Positions 16,946 to 26,055 of a stretch of 61,906 nucleotides of DNA are shown here, piece by piece. The stretch covers positions 1-61,906 of the IMG/VR virus record IMGVR_UViG_3300033994_001593; one strand, given 5' to 3'. The notes under the pieces are model-generated. The model did no database searches. It was not told where the DNA came from and saw only the letters and a program-made list of their open reading frames with translations. Both the position numbers and the translations under genes were made by a program. Each line of letters begins with the position of its first letter. Position 1 is the first letter of the stretch. This DNA is from a virus (Duplodnaviria > Caudoviricetes).

Positions 16946-17821
16946 ATGATCGCAACCAGAACGGCACAATCTTTTACCAACGAGATGACCCTCCTTGATT
17001 TACTAGACCGCTATATGGCGGCCGTCGAAGTCAGTCCGCGGTATCGAGAATCCCTTCTCCGGACGGTTCGACGGGCCAAAAATAGCGGCCTCAAAGAAAC
17101 CTGTCAACTAACGACAGAAGAAGTGAACAAGTTTCTCGCGGGCCTGAGTGTCGGCCAGACAACAAGGCACAATATCCGCCGGGAACTACTGACACTTTGG
17201 CGGTTCGCCCACGACCGGGGGTTCGTTGAGGAGTACCCGACCCGCATCCGGAAGATACGGGCGACGTTCGCCACCCCGGTGACATGGGAGCTGACGCGGC
17301 TCTCCCAAATCATTGAGGCGGCAGAGGGCGACGAGACGCCCATCAGCTCAAGGATTCGCCTTGGGCGGTGCGATGTGATCCCAGCCTGGGCTGGCTTGGC
17401 CTATGACTCTGGGATGAGATTCAGCGACATTCACAACCTGACGAAACGCAGCTTCCGAAATGACTGCGTTGCTGTCACAGCATCGAAGACCGGCAAGCCG
17501 CTGGTGCGTGTGCTTTCGGAGCGGACGCAGCATGACGTTGCCAAGCTCTTCATGCATAGTCCTGACGGGACGCTCTTCAAGTGGCTGCTGCCCAGGCGGC
17601 GAGCCTTCCACATGTGGCGGGCGTTCTTGGACGAGCATGGGTTCGGTGGATCCACGAAGTGGTTCAGACGAGCTGCCGCCACCGCGATCGAGCAGCTCAA
17701 GCCTGGAGCCGCCACCGACTTCCTTCAGCACTCGCATCCATCGTTAGTGAGGCGCCATTACCTTGACGCCACCCAGGCTGCGATCCCGATGTCGCCGCCC
17801 CCGATCCGGAAGCCGAGGTGA
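16946..17821 (+). CDS. int: Tyrosine recombinase / integrase
   Basis: GMRFSDI (R), KTG (K), KWFRR (R), LQHS (H), RHY (Y); start uncertain (16946 or 16985). Confidence 0.88.
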   Translation: MIATRTAQSFTNEMTLLDLLDRYMAAVEVSPRYRESLLRTVRRAKNSGLKETCQLTTEEVNKFLAGLSVGQTTRHNIRRELLTLWRFAHDRGFVEEYPTRIRKIRATFATPVTWELTRLSQIIEAAEGDETPISSRIRLGRCDVIPAWAGLAYDSGMRFSDIHNLTKRSFRNDCVAVTASKTGKPLVRVLSERTQHDVAKLFMHSPDGTLFKWLLPRRRAFHMWRAFLDEHGFGGSTKWFRRAAATAIEQLKPGAATDFLQHSHPSLVRRHYLDATQAAIPMSPPPIRKPR

Positions 17822-18073
17822 CTACCGCTTGAGAACGGACTTCACCGGCTTGGGCGGGGCCGGCCGCGGCGGATGGGCCACTTGCCGTGGCTGGCCGGGG
17901 ATGATCGGGAAGTCAGCCTCGACAGGGCCAGCCGGCCTTTCGCGAGGGGCGAGCAGGCCGTCGAGCAGCTTCCGCGGAGGGAGCATCCCGTCGAGCCACT
18001 CAAGGTTCTCCATGTTCTGGTCGGTCGGCTCACGGCGAAGGCCGCTACGCATTGCTTCAATCGGGTCTTGCAT
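17822..18073 (-). CDS. Hypothetical Pro-rich protein
   Basis: Last ORF of the late operon. Confidence 0.6.
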   Translation of the reverse strand: MQDPIEAMRSGLRREPTDQNMENLEWLDGMLPPRKLLDGLLAPRERPAGPVEADFPIIPGQPRQVAHPPRPAPPKPVKSVLKR

Positions 18074-18076
18074 GGT

Positions 18077-18343
18077 TCACCACTTGCTGCGCTGGCCCCA
18101 GTAGCGGGCCGTAAAGAAATCGGGGTTCGGGTTCACGGCGTTGTTTCGAGCGTAGTACGCTTTGCGCCGCTTCTGATCTTTGGTCGATATGGGATTCGGC
18201 CCAGCTCCCTCCGCACCCTGCTCACCAAAGCGGATGATCTTCTCCTGCCCGTCCTTGCAGGCTTTGACCACATGCGAGTACCGCTTGTGGTCGGGCGTCT
18301 TCTTCGGCTGGTTGCACACCAGCTCGCGGATGATGTCGCTCAT
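18077..18343 (-). CDS. Small basic phage protein (DUF5754-like)
   Basis: IIRFG...RRKAYYARN...ARYW...KW; N-terminus MSDIIR. Confidence 0.7.
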   Translation of the reverse strand: MSDIIRELVCNQPKKTPDHKRYSHVVKACKDGQEKIIRFGEQGAEGAGPNPISTKDQKRRKAYYARNNAVNPNPDFFTARYWGQRSKW

Positions 18344-18546
18344 GGGAACCTCGGAGCGATGACCGATACCGTGACGCCAGCAGGGATATTGACGCTCGAG
18401 GTGGGAGAGACAGGGGAGGGGCGATACCCACCGACAGGAGCGAAGCTCTGCTCGCGAACCGCCCGCATCGTCCGGTTCATCTGACGCTGGACGGCGAACG
18501 ACTCACGCTCTGTGTCTCGCGAGAGTTTCCGGATGATGTCGCTCAT
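18340..18546 (-). CDS. Hypothetical protein
   Basis: ATGA overlaps; N-terminus MSDIIR. Confidence 0.7.
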   Translation of the reverse strand: MSDIIRKLSRDTERESFAVQRQMNRTMRAVREQSFAPVGGYRPSPVSPTSSVNIPAGVTVSVIAPRFP

Positions 18547-18935
18547 CGAATCACCTTGACCACTTGGCCGGCAGGGTCGCGGCCGATTGCAAATCCCTTG
18601 CCGGTTTCGTTGTCTTTCCCGCTGCTGACGGTGTTGATCCCCTTGTTCATGGCCTCGGTGACCGCGGGAACCGCTCGGGGTTCAATGAGGCCAGCGGTCA
18701 AAGCCATCTCCGTTGGGACATACGGGCCTGCCACTGAGCCGTCGCCACGCTGGGAGGCTCCGTTCAAGGCATCCGGCCCCTGCTCGAACATGGCTGCGAT
18801 TCGCTCGGGGGAGTAGACATCCTCGGGGCGGCCGCCACCGGCCACATACTCGGCCTTGATCTGGCCGGCCTCCTCGAGCATCTGGTCATAGGCTGGGCCG
18901 TAGGTGGCGCGGGCCTGGCGGATGATGTCGGTCAT
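18543..18935 (-). CDS. Hypothetical protein
   Basis: AGGAG RBS; N-terminus MTDIIR. Confidence 0.75.
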   Translation of the reverse strand: MTDIIRQARATYGPAYDQMLEEAGQIKAEYVAGGGRPEDVYSPERIAAMFEQGPDALNGASQRGDGSVAGPYVPTEMALTAGLIEPRAVPAVTEAMNKGINTVSSGKDNETGKGFAIGRDPAGQVVKVIR

Positions 18936-21900
18936 TGCTTCTCCTTCTCCTTGTTGAGCAGCTTCTGCCGGCGGGCCAGCTCCTGCTCAAGGGCGAATGC
19001 CTTCTTGATATGCTCCGGTACGTTCTCACGCTGATCCTTGGGGAGGAAGAAGAAGCTGCCCTTCTTCGCATACCCCTTCATCCGTTCGGCATTCTTGCGG
19101 CGGGCCTCTGCGATCCAGTAGTTCGGGTCAACGTCTTGCAGCTTGACGCCAAGGGTGGCGTTGATGGCTTGCTTCCTCCATCGCTGATCCCACGGGATGC
19201 GCTGATCGGACAAGCCGCCGGCCAATCCGATGATTCGCTGCGGGCCGGGGATGTTGTTGATGACGGCCTTGAGTGTCGGGTTCACGCCGGTCTGCGATCC
19301 GGACATTCTCATCCAGAGCCTGTCGATCGGGGCCACGGCCTCATCCAGCGGACGCTTGGAGAAGAGGTCTTGATTGGTCGCCAGCTCTGCGAACGTGCGG
19401 ATGGCCGGGTGCATCTGGTTGGCGACGTTGCCGATAGTCCCGCGGAGATCGCCTGGCGAGAGCAATGAGAGAACGTCGATGCCTGGGAGATCGATGTCCT
19501 TCAAGTAGGTGTCGGTCTGCGAGTCTTCTGGAATCGCCAAGATGCGACGAACAATATCCGATACCGGGTCGCCTTGGCCGATGCGAATGCCGAGCTGCTG
19601 ACGCAACGCTTCGGGAACGTAGTGCTTCTCGTCCGACCGCTGGAGCGTGTTCATGCCGCGGATGGTCTGCGCGTAGCGACCACCGGGATTGTTGTAGAGA
19701 CTCTGCACTGCGTACTTGCCAATGCGTGACGAGTATGACCACCAAATAAACACATTGCGGATCGTGTGCCTCTCCACGGGAGTGAGGCTCGAGTAGTCCA
19801 CCAACGCATCACGCATCCGGCGGGCTGCTTCGCTTGGCGAGACGCCCTGCCGCAGGAGAGCGAGGTAGCCGCCCAGGCGGCCCACGCTGTCGTTCCAATC
19901 TCCGTACCTCTGCGAGGCATTGAGCAGCGGGTTCAGCGTCTTGTACTTATCGGTGACGTTGCGGATCGTGGCGAAGTCCTTCGCCATCTGCAAAGGATTG
20001 CGGCTTCCATCCGGCATCAAGTCCTTCCAGAAGAAGTCACTTCGACGCATCGGCGTGGAGCCGGGAACGAGCTGGTCGAGGTCGCCGGCCCTCGTCGTGG
20101 TGAGAAGGTCAGAGGTGGAGAGAGTGGTCAGCACACCCTCGCCGCCAACGTCCCGCATGAAGGCTTGCCTCAAAGCATCGCGATTGGCGATTCCTTGGTA
20201 CTGCGGCAGCTTGGCAATCTCGCCAGCCACCTCATCGAAGCCGCCGGCCACGATCTTCTTGGCGAGCTGGATTCCAGCCAGCGTGTCGGGGGCGCTTCCC
20301 GTTTCCAAGAAAATCGAAAAGACGTTTGAGTAGGCGTCCCTCAAATGCCTACTCGGCCAAGCCAAAAGGAAGCCTTTCGTGATAGAGGTGAACCTATTCC
20401 AAAGGTTGCCGACCTCGTCTAGTGCGGCTGGCTGAGAGTAGAAGTCTTGGAGTTTGGTGAGCCGGTTGTGTACGGCCTCGGGGATGGCGATCTTCGACAG
20501 GTCAATCGAGTCGGGAGACACGCCACGCTTGGCTGCGATCCTCTCAATCACGTTCCGCTGCACAGAGCCGGCCGCCTCGCCCCCGCTGACACGCAGGCCG
20601 GTCTTGCCAGCGATGTCGTTCAGTGCCGTATTGAGCGGGCGGAACCGGCCGCCAGCCAGCGTGTTAGCCTCGGCGTCGATGGCGGCATCAGCGAGCGACT
20701 CATAGATGAACTTCGCATTCGACCGCGCCATCTCTTGGTTGACGATGTTGCGGGCCTGGGCGTTGAGCGGGTGCTGTGCGAAGGCCGGGATGTCGGCTGG
20801 CAAATCCTTGTTGAGACGCATCATCGTGCGGGCGATGGCCTCGCCCTGCTCGTTCGTGATGGCGTCATAGCCATGCTTCGTGTTGAGGAACTGAGCGATC
20901 TCTTCACCGAGCTGCTTATTGGCGAGCGGCGAATCGATGCCAGACTTGGCGTGAGTGCGGACGTTCGGCAGCATGGAGATCTCGCGGAGGTCGGCCGTGC
21001 CGCCAGGCGTGATCAGATGCAGGCGGCGGCTATAGCCCTCGGCACTCGAGGTCGAGAACAGCGACCGGCTGATGCCCTGCTGGAAGTCCTCAAAGTCGAA
21101 CTCGGTTCCAGACCTGGGCGAGTAGAGGACACCGAACCGATCGCCATAGGGATTGATCCGCATGCCCAGCTTGCGGGCCTCATCGACGTTGAATTTCCGG
21201 ATGTCATCCCACGACTGATATGCCCTGTCCACGCCGGGGAGGAGCGACTTGAGTTGGAGGTCTTGCTTGGTCGGGACGTTCTCAAAGATGCGTGTCAGGA
21301 AGTCGTTGCCCTGCGGAGAGAGCAGTGTGTCCGATCCAAGGATGGCGGCGGCCTGCGGAGTGACCTCAATGTCCTTCAAGGTCAGGGCGTGATCGACGGC
21401 CTTCTGCCTGCCGACACGCTCTGCGGATTTCCGCATCTCAAAGTTGCGCATAGCCGAGAGCTGGTCTGCCGCTCCGGTCTGGCCGGCCACCCGCTGATCC
21501 ACGAACGAGGCGGCATACCGCATTGGTGCCGACCACTTCGTTGCCTGCCCCACCGCATCCAAGGCGTCGAGCGCCTTCAAACTCCCTGGCGGGGTGAACG
21601 TGGCCCAAGGTGACATGAAGCCGAACCCAACCGCACCGCCCAGCTTCTCGTGCTTGATGTCATCGTAGTTGATGCCGTACTTATTCAAGTACTTCACAAC
21701 ATCGTCCATCGCCCGAATCGGATCCTTGGACGACTTGATTGTTTCCTCGAGAGTGGTGGTGGCCTGCGAGTACCGTGGGCCGACGAGCGGTCGCATCCGG
21801 TACATGTCATCCGACCGAGCGATGCCCTGCTTCTCAAGTGCGGTGAATGCATTGTCGGCCATGCTGCCGGCGAGAGTCTTGGTGACATCCTGCCCCATAC

Positions 21901-22348
21901 GCTTCTGTGCGGCGAGCGGAGCGGAGTCGAGGATCCCGGCGGCCTTCGCAGCCTTGCCTGCCTTCCCCAAGGCAGATGCACCAAACGTGAACCAAGCGCT
22001 CGGATCCAAAGCGACCTCGGCGGCGAACCCGGCCCCTGCCCTCGCGTATGGGTTGTCATCTTTGTTGAGGATGCCGTAAGACTCAAGCAGCTCCTCGCCA
22101 GAGACACGCCGATCCCAATCCCATGAGAAGCCCGATGCTGGGTCGCCGGCCAAGACGCCTCGAGCTATGGCACCGGGGTAGTCGAGGATGCGGCCAGCGA
22201 CATCGACGGCGCCCCACGCCGACTTCCCCAGCTCATCCAGCATGGAGTCGGCTTCTTCGGGCGGAAGGTATTCCTTCTGCTTGCGGCCAGATTTCTTGGT
22301 GGCCGATGGCTGCTCGTTCAGCAGTGGCGGCATGAAGAAGTCAGCCAC
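18932..22348 (-). CDS. Large internal virion / DNA ejection protein
   Basis: 1138 aa, Ala/Gly-rich N-terminus, helical; end of podovirus-like structural operon. Confidence 0.7.
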   Translation of the reverse strand: MADFFMPPLLNEQPSATKKSGRKQKEYLPPEEADSMLDELGKSAWGAVDVAGRILDYPGAIARGVLAGDPASGFSWDWDRRVSGEELLESYGILNKDDNPYARAGAGFAAEVALDPSAWFTFGASALGKAGKAAKAAGILDSAPLAAQKRMGQDVTKTLAGSMADNAFTALEKQGIARSDDMYRMRPLVGPRYSQATTTLEETIKSSKDPIRAMDDVVKYLNKYGINYDDIKHEKLGGAVGFGFMSPWATFTPPGSLKALDALDAVGQATKWSAPMRYAASFVDQRVAGQTGAADQLSAMRNFEMRKSAERVGRQKAVDHALTLKDIEVTPQAAAILGSDTLLSPQGNDFLTRIFENVPTKQDLQLKSLLPGVDRAYQSWDDIRKFNVDEARKLGMRINPYGDRFGVLYSPRSGTEFDFEDFQQGISRSLFSTSSAEGYSRRLHLITPGGTADLREISMLPNVRTHAKSGIDSPLANKQLGEEIAQFLNTKHGYDAITNEQGEAIARTMMRLNKDLPADIPAFAQHPLNAQARNIVNQEMARSNAKFIYESLADAAIDAEANTLAGGRFRPLNTALNDIAGKTGLRVSGGEAAGSVQRNVIERIAAKRGVSPDSIDLSKIAIPEAVHNRLTKLQDFYSQPAALDEVGNLWNRFTSITKGFLLAWPSRHLRDAYSNVFSIFLETGSAPDTLAGIQLAKKIVAGGFDEVAGEIAKLPQYQGIANRDALRQAFMRDVGGEGVLTTLSTSDLLTTTRAGDLDQLVPGSTPMRRSDFFWKDLMPDGSRNPLQMAKDFATIRNVTDKYKTLNPLLNASQRYGDWNDSVGRLGGYLALLRQGVSPSEAARRMRDALVDYSSLTPVERHTIRNVFIWWSYSSRIGKYAVQSLYNNPGGRYAQTIRGMNTLQRSDEKHYVPEALRQQLGIRIGQGDPVSDIVRRILAIPEDSQTDTYLKDIDLPGIDVLSLLSPGDLRGTIGNVANQMHPAIRTFAELATNQDLFSKRPLDEAVAPIDRLWMRMSGSQTGVNPTLKAVINNIPGPQRIIGLAGGLSDQRIPWDQRWRKQAINATLGVKLQDVDPNYWIAEARRKNAERMKGYAKKGSFFFLPKDQRENVPEHIKKAFALEQELARRQKLLNKEKEKQ

Positions 22349-22350
22349 GG

Positions 22351-23070
22351 CTACCTCCGAAGATAAGAGAACTGCGGGGCGGCGGCGGCTGGCGTGGTCA
22401 TACCCAAAGTGGAATAGCCTGGGCTGGCGTTATTGACCTTGGTCGAGGTATCGATGGGCTTCGACGGGTTAGCGTCTGGCGCGATGAACGTGGTTCTCGG
22501 GGGGAGCTGGCCGGTTCTGTTGGGCAGGAATGAGGCGGCCACGCCAGGAGAGTTGGGGAACGTATCACCGAGCGGCGTTGCCGTGGGCTGGGCGCCTTCG
22601 TCCTGAGACACGACAGACTGCGGCTCATCGATCTTGGTGCCTGCCACCGGCTGCGGCGGTGCCGGGGCCGCGGGCGTGTCGAGCAGCCCCTCCAGTGGCT
22701 TGATCGGCGTCGTGGGGTTGGAGGGCTGGGGGTTCTGATCTTGCAGCGTAGGACGCTCTTGGAGGCCCGCGGAAACCTGTTCGACCACGGGCTTGGCCTC
22801 GGGCTGCTGGGGCGTCTCGGGCTTCGCCTGGGCCTGTGCTTGGGCCGGGGCGGGAGCCTCTGCCTGCCCGCCCTCCTTGATGGTCATAGGCTGATCGGCT
22901 GGGCCTGGTGAGCTGGAGCCACCCACCGATCCACCAGGGGAGCCGCCGCCTCCACGCCTCGACATCAGACCGCCAAGCAGCGGGCGAGCCACCGCGCGAC
23001 GGGCTGCGGCGCCGGCCGCGGCACCGGCAGCCGCTCGCCCCATAAGACCACCGAGGAGAAGTCCGAACAC
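22351..23070 (-). CDS. Pro/Gln-rich putative pilot/ejection protein
   Basis: Hydrophobic Gly-rich N-terminus (LLGGLMG), disordered body; GAGGAG RBS. Confidence 0.65.
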   Translation of the reverse strand: MFGLLLGGLMGRAAAGAAAGAAARRAVARPLLGGLMSRRGGGGSPGGSVGGSSSPGPADQPMTIKEGGQAEAPAPAQAQAQAKPETPQQPEAKPVVEQVSAGLQERPTLQDQNPQPSNPTTPIKPLEGLLDTPAAPAPPQPVAGTKIDEPQSVVSQDEGAQPTATPLGDTFPNSPGVAASFLPNRTGQLPPRTTFIAPDANPSKPIDTSTKVNNASPGYSTLGMTTPAAAAPQFSYLRR

Positions 23071-23076
23071 TGGCTG

Positions 23077-23451
23077 CTACTCCTCTTCCTCGTCATAGAT
23101 ATCGTCTGGGATTTCCGGCTCTGGGTATTCCATCTCGCCGCCGAGTTGTCTGTAGATGCTGTTCCAAGACGCCTCGTCATCTCGCGAGTAAATCGCGCTT
23201 TCGTTGAACGGATTCTTGCCGCCGCCCACAAGGAATTGGCTGGCCTTCTTGTCGAGATCGGCTGCTGGGTCATACGGCTTTCGGCCGCCACCGCTGCGGC
23301 CGCTGCGGCCGCCGCCGCCGCGGCCATAGCCGCTGCGGCCACGACCACCACCGCCACCACCGCCGCCGCGCCGGCCGCCACCACCACCACCGCCACCACC
23401 GCCGCGGCCCGACATGAAGAGATTGATGAGTGCTGGGATCAGTGCTGACAT
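23077..23451 (-). CDS. Gly/Arg-rich putative virion protein
   Basis: TAATG coupling; poly-G/RGG tract, acidic tail. Confidence 0.65.
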   Translation of the reverse strand: MSALIPALINLFMSGRGGGGGGGGGGRRGGGGGGGGRGRSGYGRGGGGRSGRSGGGRKPYDPAADLDKKASQFLVGGGKNPFNESAIYSRDDEASWNSIYRQLGGEMEYPEPEIPDDIYDEEEE

Positions 23452-24926
23452 TATCCACCCCAAAGTGACGGCGAGTGTCCAAAGAAGCCGCCAGTGCCAC
23501 CAGCAGTTGGCCTCTGAGGTGCTGGCTGCGGCGGTGCCGGCGGCTGCTGCGGCGTAGGCTGCTCCATAGCCGGCGCCTCCTGCCCGAGGTTCGGGTCTTT
23601 TTCGTAGGCCAATTCGGAGTACAGAGCCTGCGAGTGAACCTGGGCATCGTTGCGCAATTGGCCTTCATCTCGCCGCTGATCTGGCGGCAGCGACTCGTTT
23701 CTCTCGACAAGCGCCTTGAGGTATGCGGGCTTGAAGTGCGACTCAATCTCCGCAGCAGCTTGGTCGATGCTCATCGATCCGTAGTAGTTTCGGGCAGCGC
23801 TCCACGCCGAGCTGGCGTTTTCTGCTCGGGATTCGTCCGTACCCCACGGGTAGCCGCTTTCTTCGCTGGCCGCAGCCAAGGCGGCCCCGTGTGCGATCTC
23901 GCCCGCGTGGGCAATGCGTCGGTAGTGGGCGTAGGCAGGCGAGGCTTCAATCTCCTCGGGTGTCATCTTGGGGTTTGCCAACCGAGCGAGGGCCGCGGCC
24001 CTGTCATCCGGTCGGATGCTCATGTTCGGCGTCGTGAGGAAGCGGTCGGCGTCCTCATACTGCGATTGGATCGACCCCTTGTTCATCGCCCGCTCTGCCA
24101 TCTGCTGGCGCGGGCCGAGGTTCTGGGCGAGAACGTGCGCCTTCACGGCACTGAAAGCCTCTCGATCCCAGTAGGCACCTTGGTTGCCGTAGAACACTTT
24201 CCATCGCAGATCCGGATTTGTGTCACGCAGCTTGTTAAATGAATCCGCCTTCGCCTTGGCGGCTTGCGCTGCCGCAAGCCAATCGACACTCCTTGGGTTC
24301 GCGGCTCCGCGGGAAAGTAAATCACCCCAAGCGTCAAAGTCGGAGGCGGGAGCTGCCTGTCCCGCAGGCAGGCCGGCCGCTTGCTGTTGCGGAGCCGCCT
24401 GCCCCATCGGCTGCGGTGAGCTGGGCATGGCTTGGGCCGGGACACCCGCGGAGCGGCTGACCTCTGGGCCTACACTGAGCAGCGTCTGCCCAGGCTCAAG
24501 AGTGATGCCGTATCGGGCAGCGTCCAAGCCCTGCGACGGCCCCACCCCGCACCCACCAGGCCCGCACTGGCTGCTGCTGACGGGATCGGGCCTCGCATTG
24601 CTGCCGGCCGCCGTCATAAACGGCCCGCGGCGTTCGGGCTGCGGGAGCTGGGCCTCGGGGGAGGCGACGGTCGAGGTGGCCGCCGGCTGCGGGAGCTGGG
24701 AGGTGACGAACGACTCGGCCATCGGCTCCGAGATCCGCGTCTCGAGCCTGGTGGAGGGCATGGCCGAGCTGATGTCCACGCCCTGCGCCCGGTCGGCCAT
24801 GTCCTGGGAGTCGAGCGGATTGATGATGTTTCGCATGCCTGGGGCTTCGCCGCCGCCCCAGCCGGAAAGCCGACGCTGCCGCCTCGAGCGCAGCCCCTGC
24901 AACATTTGGATAAGTGGCCCTGCCAT
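23451..24926 (-). CDS. Putative internal virion protein
   Basis: 491 aa, AGGAG RBS, low-complexity ends. Confidence 0.7.
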   Translation of the reverse strand: MAGPLIQMLQGLRSRRQRRLSGWGGGEAPGMRNIINPLDSQDMADRAQGVDISSAMPSTRLETRISEPMAESFVTSQLPQPAATSTVASPEAQLPQPERRGPFMTAAGSNARPDPVSSSQCGPGGCGVGPSQGLDAARYGITLEPGQTLLSVGPEVSRSAGVPAQAMPSSPQPMGQAAPQQQAAGLPAGQAAPASDFDAWGDLLSRGAANPRSVDWLAAAQAAKAKADSFNKLRDTNPDLRWKVFYGNQGAYWDREAFSAVKAHVLAQNLGPRQQMAERAMNKGSIQSQYEDADRFLTTPNMSIRPDDRAAALARLANPKMTPEEIEASPAYAHYRRIAHAGEIAHGAALAAASEESGYPWGTDESRAENASSAWSAARNYYGSMSIDQAAAEIESHFKPAYLKALVERNESLPPDQRRDEGQLRNDAQVHSQALYSELAYEKDPNLGQEAPAMEQPTPQQPPAPPQPAPQRPTAGGTGGFFGHSPSLWGG

Positions 24927-24974
24927 GTCTGTTCTCCTACCCCGATTTATGGTGCCTTTGCCCCCGGAAGCGGC

Positions 24975-25853
24975 CTAGCGGAAGACGGCAGCCTGCACGA
25001 TGCCGGAGTCATAGGTTGCGGAGCCGGGGCCATTTACTGCCAGAACGCGAAGCTGGCCGACTGCCCATGGCACGCACTCCAGGCGACCGCCAAAGGTGGT
25101 GCCAGCGATGCCGGAGCAACCGCCGACCCCGGCGAAATTCGTATCCGGCATTGCTGTCGAAAAGTTGATCATGTAGTCGCCTGTCGCCACGCGAGAGACA
25201 GAAGTGACGTTTCCGCTCGCGCGAATAGCAGGAGTCCCGGTTCCGTTGAAATTCACCCAAGCCCTGCACTGAAACTGCGGCAGGAGCGTCGAGCCGCCGG
25301 GGATCACCGACTGCGTTGCCCCGTCCGCACCAACCCGCCAACGCTCAACGCCGTTGGTCGCCACGCTCAAGGTGTTCGGGCTACTCGCCGCCTGCATGAT
25401 GCCGGTGTCAGTGTCGCCAGAGATCGCCACCCCCGGCGCACCGGCATTGCCTGCAAGTGCAACCAACTGCCCGGTCATCGTACCGCCCGCCCGCGCGAGG
25501 TAGTCGGTGGCAGTGGCCTGCGCCATCGTGCCAAGGCCCAGCGAGGTGCGCTGTGCTGCGGCATCCGCCCCCGTCATCAGCGCGCGCCCCGCACTGGTGG
25601 AGTCGCTGATCTCTGCCGATGGGTGGGCGTGGCTGGCCGGGGCCGCACCAATGTCCGCTGGCGCAAGCGCGACCTTCGATGCGGTCACGGCACCGCTGGC
25701 GATCTTGGAGGTCGTGACGCTTGAGTCCGCGAGGTCTGCCTCGACCACGGCACCGGGAGCGATCTTCGCCGTGGTGATAGACGAGTCAGCGATCTTCGGC
25801 GTCGTGACGCTGGAGTCGGCAAGCCCGTCAGTCGTGATGCGTGTGCGTGTCAT
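24975..25853 (-). CDS. Tail fibre protein
   Basis: ADSSVTTxK repeats, GGTMTG, GDTDTG, C-terminal RAWVNFNG domain. Confidence 0.8.
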   Translation of the reverse strand: MTRTRITTDGLADSSVTTPKIADSSITTAKIAPGAVVEADLADSSVTTSKIASGAVTASKVALAPADIGAAPASHAHPSAEISDSTSAGRALMTGADAAAQRTSLGLGTMAQATATDYLARAGGTMTGQLVALAGNAGAPGVAISGDTDTGIMQAASSPNTLSVATNGVERWRVGADGATQSVIPGGSTLLPQFQCRAWVNFNGTGTPAIRASGNVTSVSRVATGDYMINFSTAMPDTNFAGVGGCSGIAGTTFGGRLECVPWAVGQLRVLAVNGPGSATYDSGIVQAAVFR

Positions 25854-25866
25854 GTGTCTGTCGCTT

Positions 25867-26055
25867 TCATTCGGCGGGCGGCGTCAGCCCCAGCCGCTCG
25901 CATTCCGCCTGCCATTCCGCCTTGTTTATGGTCTGCAACAGGAGAGTCCACTGCGGCCCAGCCGAAGTCACCTCGTCGGGCATGGTCACGCCAGCGACCG
26001 GCTGACCGCCCGCCGTGATGATCCAATAGGTCGGCTTTGCCGGATACTCAATCAC
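25867..26055 (-). CDS. Small tail-associated protein
   Basis: GTGA overlap with the DUF285 gene. Confidence 0.6.
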   Translation of the reverse strand: MIEYPAKPTYWIITAGGQPVAGVTMPDEVTSAGPQWTLLLQTINKAEWQAECERLGLTPPAE

